A DNA stretch of 50,054 nucleotides, taken from NCBI GenBank assembly GCA_019894975.1, contig JAGXNO010000027.1, positions 1 to 50,054 of the forward strand, given 5' to 3'. Below, piece after piece: positions 41,501 to 49,637 of the stretch. Both the position numbers and the translations under genes were made by a program. How positions within the stretch are numbered: the first letter of the stretch is position 1; every line of letters starts with the position of its first letter. Below the pieces are notes generated by a model. It was given only the letters and a program-made list of their open reading frames with translations. It did no database searches and was not told the DNA's origin. The DNA is from Promethearchaeota archaeon. Lineage in GTDB: Archaea; Asgardarchaeota; Lokiarchaeia; Sigyniarchaeales; SOKP01.

Positions 41501-42181
41501 GGTCTTTCCTAATCCCACTTCATCTGCAAGAAGTATACGCGGAAAATGTTCTTCAGATAAACGATGAGTGACATTTATCTGGTGAGGCATCAAATTTAAA
41601 CGAGAATTTGTAATACATTTGATTTGATAAGATGTATAATATGAATGAAATAGATATGCCCAATATTTAAGTAAAAAATTTTGAGGGGGATCAATTTCCT
41701 GTTTAATAATTAAACTTTCTACTGGGGTTACAAACTTAGAATATATTTCATCTTCGTATATTTGAACCTTTTTGCCATTTTCCTTTAAAAATTCATAAGA
41801 AATTAATCCATCCTTAACCAAGAACTCTTTAGAATTGATTATGCCGATACCTTGCTTACTTTCAATCTTTTCATTTACATCAAAAATGAAATGAATCAAA
41901 TCAATAGGATGAATAATTTTAATAATATTATTCTTAAAAAGTACCTTAAATTTGATGAGAAATTTAGTATCTTCATCATCTAAAGATTTAGAAATGGGAA
42001 TTTCTATTACTTTTATAATCTTACCTAAACCTAAATCCGGATTTAGCCTATAAACTACTAAATTTCCTAAATTGAACTTCTGTCCTTGACAATATACATT
42101 GAAGCATTTGGTAAATCTTGACTTTAATTCATTACCGCAAAAAGGACATACAAATTTCTGCGATTTTATCTTTGTAACCAT
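38573..42181 (-). CDS. SNF2-family ATPase, RapA/HepA-like, with N-terminal Zn ribbon
   Basis: [52 protein letters not shown], TFD...ALGHPL. Confidence 0.9.
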   Translation of the reverse strand: [1202 protein letters not shown]

Positions 42182-42245
42182 TATCTTTATATTGTACTTA
42201 ATATGAGAAGAAGTAAAAATTTTAGTATTTTAAGAAAAGATTGAT

Positions 42246-43127
42246 TTGAAAATGTCAGAAGTAGGAATAGAACCAACATATATTGGCAAAAACGAGAAAT
42301 TAAAGTTTATAGTACCACAAGAACTCTTTAGAATGAAATTACAGTCGAATGAGAAAATCGATCCTGAAATCTCCAAAATTTACAATACTTATATTCAAGA
42401 AACTTTCATTGGATTCCAAGAAGCTAGAAAGACCAAGTATGGAAATGAAAAAAATATTAAAACAATAACAACGTCTGAATTTTGGCAGGAGTTTGAAAAG
42501 GAATCAAAAGAATTAGGAATTGATCTTATTGGATATACACCTCTTATTGAAGATTTTATGTTTTATAATCTTAAAGTGTATGGACGCAATCTAGTGATAT
42601 TAGGGATGGAAATGTTATGGGATGAAATCAAAACTGCCCCGAGCATTCACTGTGGTGTTGAGGCATTTCGAGTATATTCTAAATTAGGAGAAGTTACCAT
42701 TCAATTAACTGAATATTTAAAAGAACGTGGATATAAGAGTGAGGCTCATCATCCATTTGGAGGTAAATTTCTATTCCCCCCTCAAGTGGTTGCTGCGGGA
42801 TTGGGAATTATGGGTAGGAATGGTCTTGTAATCACACCTGAGTTTGGACCTCGTCAAAGATGGGCTATAATTTCCACGGATGCTGAACTACCTACTCCTG
42901 TTAAGAGTGATTTAATCCATATGGAAGAATATTGTAAAGATTGTGGGGCTTGCATTAGGGGATGTAAAGGAGGTGCTGCGTATGAAACTCCAATTTATCA
43001 TGAAGAATCTCCAGTTATAACTCACATTGACCGTTCCAAGTGTATTGATAGCTTAATCAACAATAATTATTGCAGTTACTGTCTTAAAGTATGCCCACAG
43101 GGACATCCCCAAAAAAAACCAATATAA
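42246..43127 (+). CDS. Reductive dehalogenase/QueG-superfamily cobalamin-Fe-S protein
   Basis: AAGLGIMGRNGLVITPEFGPRQR, CKDCGACIRGC, CSYCLKVCP. Confidence 0.82.
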   Translation: MKMSEVGIEPTYIGKNEKLKFIVPQELFRMKLQSNEKIDPEISKIYNTYIQETFIGFQEARKTKYGNEKNIKTITTSEFWQEFEKESKELGIDLIGYTPLIEDFMFYNLKVYGRNLVILGMEMLWDEIKTAPSIHCGVEAFRVYSKLGEVTIQLTEYLKERGYKSEAHHPFGGKFLFPPQVVAAGLGIMGRNGLVITPEFGPRQRWAIISTDAELPTPVKSDLIHMEEYCKDCGACIRGCKGGAAYETPIYHEESPVITHIDRSKCIDSLINNNYCSYCLKVCPQGHPQKKPI

Positions 43128-43216
43128 ATTTTACATAATCAAATTATAAACGTTATATTCAAAATAAAAACACTATTTCTAATTAATAGTTTATAACATT
43201 TTTTTCTTGATATAAT

Positions 43217-45979
43217 ATGACTGAGTCTAATGAAATGGTTGTTGGTGAAAAAATCAAGAGTGTTACTTCAATAGAAATCTTGAAAAAGGTAAATACCGCC
43301 GCTAATTATTGCTATAACTGTAATAAGTGTAATAACGTGTGTCCTACTGCTTTTCTCGACATTTTTTATCCTCGTAGTCTAATTACAGACTTGACTTTTC
43401 TAACACCCGAAGAAGCGTTGGAAAATAATGATATTTGGAAATGTTTAACGTGCGGGTTATGTTCAGTCTACTGTCCAATGACTAAAGAAAATTTAGGTGT
43501 TAATTTTACTCAAATAATTAAGGATCTTCGCTCACTCGCTTCAGATTATGAACCATTGATAGAAGGATTACTGAGTTGCAATCATGAAAGAGTATATTCA
43601 AGTTTGCCTAAATTAATGGCTGAAGATAAAATTAAATTTACAAACAAAATTGGCTTTTTAGAGGAGACAGGATTAAAAGTATCTGATAAAGGTGAAATTG
43701 GTTACTTTATGGGGTGCGTTCCCTTTTTAACTGGTGCTGCTCCTTGTGTTGTAGGATGTCCTGCAGGAGTGGATGTTCAAGGGTATGTTTCGCTAATATC
43801 AGAAGGAAAATATCAAGAATCTATTGATTTAATAAGAGATAAAAATCCTTTACCATATTTATGTGGTAGAATTTGCACTGCCCAATGTGCATTAAACTGT
43901 AATCGTCAAAATTTTGATGATCCCGTTGCTATTCGTGAACTAAAACGGTTCGTTTCTGATTGGGAAGCAGACCACCCAAATCAAAGCAAAATAAGACCTG
44001 TACCACAAACAAAGGAAAAAGTTGCAATTATAGGTGCGGGACCTGGAGGATTATCTGCCGCGTACTTTCTTGCAAGAATGGGCTATAAACCAACGATCTT
44101 CGAAAAAGGTGATAAAACCGGTGGCGTAGTCAGATATGGTGTGCCCCAATACAGACTTTCTGATGAAGCACTTGATCATGATGTAGATTTTATAAGAAGT
44201 ATGGGTGTAGAAATAGTTCTAAATAAAGAGTTCGGCCCTAATTTCACATTAGAAGATATTTGGAAAGAGGGATATAAAGCAGTTTTTATTGCTGTAGGGT
44301 TATACGTGCCAAAAACATTAAGACTCGAAGGTGAAGATTTACCTAATGTACATGTGGCTCTCGATTTTCTTTTAGATCGAAAATATAAATGTTCAGAAAA
44401 TCCTGAAGAATTTAAAGGAAAAACATTCGGTATTATTGGGGGTGGAGCCGTTGCGGTGGATTCAGGTGAAACAGCTATTCGTTTAGGAGCATCTAAAGCT
44501 GATCTTGTTGATATTTTAACTGAAGATGCCTTAAAAAATGTACTTAAAGACTTGCATGAAGCTGAAAGAGAAGTAATGGAGTATCATTTTGAAACATCGA
44601 CCGCAAACATAACAAAGGAACCTAATGGTAAATTAGCTTTGAATTGTTATAAGATTAAGTGGGGTGATCCTGATCCTGAAACAGGGAGGAGACCTTTAAA
44701 TAAAATTGAAGGTTCGGATTATAAAATTGTAGTTGATCATATTGTTATTGCTATTGGTCAAGGACTTGACCCAGAACCACTGAACGCTGCAACCGATAAT
44801 CAATTAACGATTGAGCGAGGAAAGATTGTGGTTGATGATTTAACTTATGAAACTGGCATTCCCGGAGTTTTTGCGGGTGGAGATATAATTTATAACTCTT
44901 TGATGTGTGCTGTCGATGCTATTGGAAATGGGAGAGAAACAGCCTTTACAATTGATCGCTATATTCGGGGTCTTGATTTAAAAGCAGGAAGAATAAGGAA
45001 AAACGACTTAAAACGGTCTACCATTCCTAAAAAATATATCCAAACAAATTCATGCCAAGAAATGAACTTTATGCCTGGTTCCGAAAGGTTAGTTTGTTTT
45101 GATGAAATGGAATTAGGGTTTTCAGAGGAACAAGCAAAAAAAGAAGCTAATCGGTGTTTAAATTGTAATTGTTGCTGCAACTCAGATCAAATCCCTGAAG
45201 ATTTTGAAAATGCACTTGATGATTCTGGTGTTATGATATGTGATTATGGGAGCCAAGATAATTGGCGATCACTCAATGCTTCTGATTATTTAGATATTCC
45301 GAGAAGGGTAATAGGTATATTAAACCAAAATGATATCGTTCCAGTAGTTTTACCAGAGGAAAAATGCTGTGGACATGATGCACTTTGGCGTGGGGATGTA
45401 GATACATTTAAAAAGCTAGCTGAGTACAATGTAAAATTATTTAAAGAAGCAGGAGTCAAAACCTTGATTTTTAATTGCGCAGAAGGATATTATACCTGGA
45501 AAAAAGAATACAAGAAACTATTCAAGAAACCTGAAGAATTTGATTTCGAGATTTATCACATAACTGAGTATATTTTAAAAGAGAAACTCTTGGAAGATGT
45601 CTCATATCCAAATTTAGAAAAAATTAAAGTCACCTACCATGATCCCTGTAGACTCGGAAGGATGAGTAAGGTTTTTGACGCACCCCGTGAGGTTTTGAAA
45701 CAAATCCCTGCCGTAGAATTGATTGAAATGGAAGAAACTATGGAAGATGCTGAATGCTGTGGAGTATCTGCTTACATTTCATGCAATCAGGATTCAAAAA
45801 AGCTTCAAGAGAAAAAAATCCTTCAAGCAATAGAAACAGGAGCAGAATATCTAATAACCGCATGTCCAAAATGTATCGCTCATTTAAATTGTTATTTAAA
45901 TGAAAATAGAGAGTTAAAAGCACAAATAAAAGTAAGGGATATTGTAAGCTTTTTAGGACAACTGTTATTCTTAATTTAG
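43217..45979 (+). CDS. HdrD/GlpC-like (dicluster plus 2 CCG) protein with nested GltD/NfnB-like FAD/NAD(P) oxidoreductase
   Basis: CYNCNKCNNVCP/CLTCGLCSVYCP, YFMGC, then PCVVGCP...CGRIC, GAGPGG, GGGAVA, FAGGD, RCLNC, then EKCCG, CAEG, YHDPC, ECCG, ACPKC. Confidence 0.88.
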   Translation: MTESNEMVVGEKIKSVTSIEILKKVNTAANYCYNCNKCNNVCPTAFLDIFYPRSLITDLTFLTPEEALENNDIWKCLTCGLCSVYCPMTKENLGVNFTQIIKDLRSLASDYEPLIEGLLSCNHERVYSSLPKLMAEDKIKFTNKIGFLEETGLKVSDKGEIGYFMGCVPFLTGAAPCVVGCPAGVDVQGYVSLISEGKYQESIDLIRDKNPLPYLCGRICTAQCALNCNRQNFDDPVAIRELKRFVSDWEADHPNQSKIRPVPQTKEKVAIIGAGPGGLSAAYFLARMGYKPTIFEKGDKTGGVVRYGVPQYRLSDEALDHDVDFIRSMGVEIVLNKEFGPNFTLEDIWKEGYKAVFIAVGLYVPKTLRLEGEDLPNVHVALDFLLDRKYKCSENPEEFKGKTFGIIGGGAVAVDSGETAIRLGASKADLVDILTEDALKNVLKDLHEAEREVMEYHFETSTANITKEPNGKLALNCYKIKWGDPDPETGRRPLNKIEGSDYKIVVDHIVIAIGQGLDPEPLNAATDNQLTIERGKIVVDDLTYETGIPGVFAGGDIIYNSLMCAVDAIGNGRETAFTIDRYIRGLDLKAGRIRKNDLKRSTIPKKYIQTNSCQEMNFMPGSERLVCFDEMELGFSEEQAKKEANRCLNCNCCCNSDQIPEDFENALDDSGVMICDYGSQDNWRSLNASDYLDIPRRVIGILNQNDIVPVVLPEEKCCGHDALWRGDVDTFKKLAEYNVKLFKEAGVKTLIFNCAEGYYTWKKEYKKLFKKPEEFDFEIYHITEYILKEKLLEDVSYPNLEKIKVTYHDPCRLGRMSKVFDAPREVLKQIPAVELIEMEETMEDAECCGVSAYISCNQDSKKLQEKKILQAIETGAEYLITACPKCIAHLNCYLNENRELKAQIKVRDIVSFLGQLLFLI

Positions 45980-46145
45980 TTAATTTTCATTTCTTTCTAA
46001 CAAATTAATTATCACCAATTTTCCAAAATTAAGTTAACACATTTTAAAGAAGGAGATTTTTAGAGTTAACAAGTAACCTTTAAAATTTTGGTATTTTATT
46101 TTTAATAACTACAATCAAATCATAATTTAAAAACTAAATATAATA

Positions 46146-48080
46146 GTGAAAAACATGAGTAAAACTAAGGAAATACCAATTCCTGATCAAGTTAAAGGTT
46201 TTACCCAAGTAAGACTTGACGTCAATCTCTCTGATGGAAAAATTAGTAAATCCAAGTTATCTAACGAATTTTGCCGTGATTGGATTGGGGGATATGGTTT
46301 TGGAGCAAAAGTCCTATGGGATGAATGCCCTGCGGGAGTAGATCCATTAAGCCCTGAAAATGTTTTTATATATGCACATGGCCCCTTTCCTGGAACAATC
46401 CTACCTACCTCCAGTAAATATGGAGTATTTGCTAAATCTCCTTTAACTGGTCAGTTTGGAATGGCAATATCTTCTGGATCTGTTGGTGCTCAGGCACGTC
46501 GTGCGGGTATCAATATGCTTGTATTCAAGGGTAAAGCCCCAGAACCTGTTTATATGGTTGTTGATGACGATGATCATTATTTAGTTCCATGTAAAGATAC
46601 GTTTTGGGGTAAAGGATGTTGGGAAACAGAAGAAATTTTGAGAGAAGAATTTCAAGATCAACGCCTTGGAGTGATGAGTATTGGCCCAGGAGGAGAACGT
46701 GGAGGCTTTATGGGATGTATTACTAATGATCGCAATAGACAAGCTGGAAGAACTGGAATGGGTGGTGTTATGGGATCTAAAAACCTTAAAGCAGTGTGTT
46801 TTCGAGGTACTAAGGGAATCAGTGTAGCCCAACCAGTCGAGTTTTTTAAGTTAGCTAAGAAACTAATAAAAGTTGCAAATGGACCTGCTACAGCTAAATA
46901 TCGTGATTTAGGCACTCCAGCAGGGATAACTAGCTATAATAAACTCGGGATGATGCCAACTTTCAATCATCGTGAAGGTACATGGGATAAAGTTGATGAT
47001 GGAACTTTTACTGGTGATATACTCAATCAAGATTGGGTTGTGAAGAAAGTTGCGTGCTCTCAATGTTCTATAGGATGTGATCATATCACAAAAATACCCA
47101 AGGATCACCCCCACTGGCCTAATCTCTACTCTAGTATTGACCAAGAATTATGTTATAGTTTTGGATCTGCAACTGGTAATTTTGATTGGCCAACTGTATT
47201 TAAATGTGTATCATTAACTGATGATCTTGGAATTGATGCTATCAGCGGGGGTGTAACCGCTGCGATGGCGTCTGAGTGCTATGAAGAGGGAATTATCACC
47301 AAAGAAGATTTAGGCTATGAATTACCTTTTGGATCAACAGTTAACCTCGTCAAATTTACTGAAGAAATGATTCTTGGAAAAGGATTTGCCGGAAAGATTT
47401 TTGGTGATGGAACAAGGGAAGCTGGAAAGCGATTAGAAGAAATGGGCAGAACAAATGCAAGTTATTATGCAATGCATATTAAAGGTCTAGAAATGCCTGC
47501 TTTTGATGTCCATGGGATGAGTTCATTTGCTGTTGGGGTAAGTGTTTCTATTCGTGGAGCATGTCACTTACGTAATGGCTCATACGGACTTGATGCTAAG
47601 GGAAAGTTCGATAGATTCGGTTATGAAAAACCACTCGAAAGGGGTAAAGCAATCAAAGAATTAGAGGACATTTATGCAATCATCGACTCATATATAGTCT
47701 GTAAATTTACAAGAGGTATTTATGAAAATGATGCTGAAATGGCGAAAGTATTTGAATTAGTAACAGGAATTCCTGTGACTGAACAATTTATACAGCATCG
47801 AGGTGAAGCAATTCTTAACCTCTCAAAATGCTTTAATATACGAGAAGGATGGAAACGCGAGGATGATCACCCTCCAGAAAGATTCTTTAAGCAACCTCAC
47901 ACAAGAGGACCCGCTAAAGGCGTCGTCTTAAAAGAAGATGGATATCAAAAGGTTCTAAGCGGATATTTTGAAGCTCGTGGCTGGGATACTAAGACTGGAA
48001 TTCCAACTGATGAAACTTTAAAGAATCTTGGATTAGATTTTGTTATTGGTAAATTAACTCCTTCAGGAGGTAAAAAATAG
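46146..48080 (+). CDS. aor: Tungsten aldehyde:ferredoxin oxidoreductase family
   Basis: IGGYGFGAK, KSPLTG, AGRTGMGGVMGSKNLKA, CSQCSIGC, DDLGIDAIS, RGACH, RGWD..TGIP; alternative ATG start at 46155. Confidence 0.93.
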   Translation: MKNMSKTKEIPIPDQVKGFTQVRLDVNLSDGKISKSKLSNEFCRDWIGGYGFGAKVLWDECPAGVDPLSPENVFIYAHGPFPGTILPTSSKYGVFAKSPLTGQFGMAISSGSVGAQARRAGINMLVFKGKAPEPVYMVVDDDDHYLVPCKDTFWGKGCWETEEILREEFQDQRLGVMSIGPGGERGGFMGCITNDRNRQAGRTGMGGVMGSKNLKAVCFRGTKGISVAQPVEFFKLAKKLIKVANGPATAKYRDLGTPAGITSYNKLGMMPTFNHREGTWDKVDDGTFTGDILNQDWVVKKVACSQCSIGCDHITKIPKDHPHWPNLYSSIDQELCYSFGSATGNFDWPTVFKCVSLTDDLGIDAISGGVTAAMASECYEEGIITKEDLGYELPFGSTVNLVKFTEEMILGKGFAGKIFGDGTREAGKRLEEMGRTNASYYAMHIKGLEMPAFDVHGMSSFAVGVSVSIRGACHLRNGSYGLDAKGKFDRFGYEKPLERGKAIKELEDIYAIIDSYIVCKFTRGIYENDAEMAKVFELVTGIPVTEQFIQHRGEAILNLSKCFNIREGWKREDDHPPERFFKQPHTRGPAKGVVLKEDGYQKVLSGYFEARGWDTKTGIPTDETLKNLGLDFVIGKLTPSGGKK

Positions 48081-48638
48081 ATGTCAAAAATAGGAACCAA
48101 GAAAAGAGGCGGAGTTGTTCATCAATTTATTATTGTAGACCCAAACTTATGCACTGGATGTGAAACATGTGAATCTGTATGCTCTTTCGTACATGATGGC
48201 GAATTTAATCCAATAAACACAAGAATTCATAGAGTAAGAATTGAACCCATTTTAAATGTCGCATTGGCGTGTCAAAAATGCGATGACGCCCCATGTGTTC
48301 GCAGTTGCCCTGAAAAAGCTTTAGAACAGGATAAAGAAACAGGTTCAATTATTGTTGATGATGATAAGTGTAATGGGTGTGCTTTTTGCATCAGAGCATG
48401 TGATTTTGGTGTTCTAAGTTTACACATTCAATCTCAAAAAGCTCTTATTTGTGATCTTTGCGAAACTATGAAGGATGATTACATAAATGAAGAAAGAGGG
48501 GAAAAATACCCTGCATGTATAGATGTATGTCCAAAGGAAGCTATTTCATTAAAGGATGTCGAGCAAATAGGAGAAGAAAAGCGGATTGATGCTGTAAAAA
48601 GACTTTTTGGCGATCTCTTGAAAGAATCAGAAGCTTAA
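48081..48638 (+). CDS. 4x[4Fe-4S] polyferredoxin (DmsB/CooF/AorA-like) subunit
   Basis: CTGCETCESVC, CQKCDDAPCVRSCP, CNGCAFCIRAC, CDLC...PACIDVCP; starts immediately after the aor stop, preceded by AGGAGG. Confidence 0.92.
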   Translation: MSKIGTKKRGGVVHQFIIVDPNLCTGCETCESVCSFVHDGEFNPINTRIHRVRIEPILNVALACQKCDDAPCVRSCPEKALEQDKETGSIIVDDDKCNGCAFCIRACDFGVLSLHIQSQKALICDLCETMKDDYINEERGEKYPACIDVCPKEAISLKDVEQIGEEKRIDAVKRLFGDLLKESEA

Positions 48639-48772
48639 TTTTTTTTATTATTTATTATTTTTTTCTTTCATTTTTATAGCTGAAAAATTTGAATAAATTT
48701 TTTACTATTACTTAAGTGCTCTAAGTGGCGAACTTAAAATGACAAAATAAAAAAATAAAATAAATAAAATTC
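48639..48772. terminator. T-rich then A-rich tracts between convergent genes, probable bidirectional terminator
   Basis: T-tracts follow the + strand stop at 48638; A-tracts (T on the minus strand) follow the minus-strand stop at 48780. Confidence 0.45.
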
Positions 48773-48779
48773 AATTGAT

Positions 48780-49379
48780 CTAAATCAAATCTTCTAGTTT
48801 AAAATGTTCTATTAGAAAATCCTTATCGGCATCAGTAAACAAATAAGATAGATCATATTCATTATAAAGCATTAGAAAGGCACTTATAGTCTCTTTTGCA
48901 TAATCCCAGTACCTATCTATAATGAGACTCTCCCCATTACTCAATTTAAAGCTTTCGAGAAAAAATTCTAAGTAGCTGATCTTTTTTGTTCGGATAAATT
49001 CCCGATCTAAATTCCATGAACTTAACAAGTTGTTAAAATCAAGATTACCTATCCACCAATCGGCTACTTTCTTATTAAAAATGGTAAGACCTCCAAAAAC
49101 TCTTCTGATATCTCTTTCATCAATATCTCTATTAATACTTATTAATTCTAAAACGCCATCTCTTAGCTCTTTTTGTAAACTAATTCCTAAATCTATTATA
49201 GATAAAGCGTTAAACCGACCGTGCCACATTGGATCAAAAATAAGAATTGCATTGAAGCAAAAATTTAATGAAGAGTCAATATGATATGGTTGATATAGAC
49301 CTGTATTCCTATCCCCGTCAAAAAATTCTGGGCTTAACCGCTCAAATGTGAGAGGATTTATGCCACCAAATCTTATCAA
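48780..49379 (-). CDS. Hypothetical protein, possibly a 5'-eroded fragment
   Basis: 199-aa ORF with TTG start and no recognisable family; upstream frames are broken by stops. Confidence 0.45.
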   Translation of the reverse strand: MIRFGGINPLTFERLSPEFFDGDRNTGLYQPYHIDSSLNFCFNAILIFDPMWHGRFNALSIIDLGISLQKELRDGVLELISINRDIDERDIRRVFGGLTIFNKKVADWWIGNLDFNNLLSSWNLDREFIRTKKISYLEFFLESFKLSNGESLIIDRYWDYAKETISAFLMLYNEYDLSYLFTDADKDFLIEHFKLEDLI

Positions 49380-49637
49380 ATTAGGACTATGAGAGTTGCT
49401 TTATGCCAATCTTGGCTAAACATTGGACTATAGCTACCAGGATTTGGTTTATTAACCTATGTGAGAATAAAAAATATGATATTTCTTCTATAGATAATAA
49501 TTCTCGTGATGGTAATGAGTTTTTTCTCTCTTTTATCTTATTGTTTTGAAATCATTAAATGTAGATAAGTATTTTATAAATAACAGTTTAGTTATAATTC
49601 GTATCATTATATTTTAAAAAAATCCATAGAGTGTTGA

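Noticed and set aside
38573-42181. DISARM or other defence island around the SNF2 gene
   Set aside because: No methyltransferase, DrmA/B, nuclease or other defence gene flanks it.
2737-49284. Many short track ORFs antisense or out of frame to long genes (e.g. 5431-5937, 16806-17180, 32479-32850, 34252-34629, 37968-38372, 46581-47144)
   Set aside because: They are shadow ORFs overlapping well-supported genes and have no motifs.
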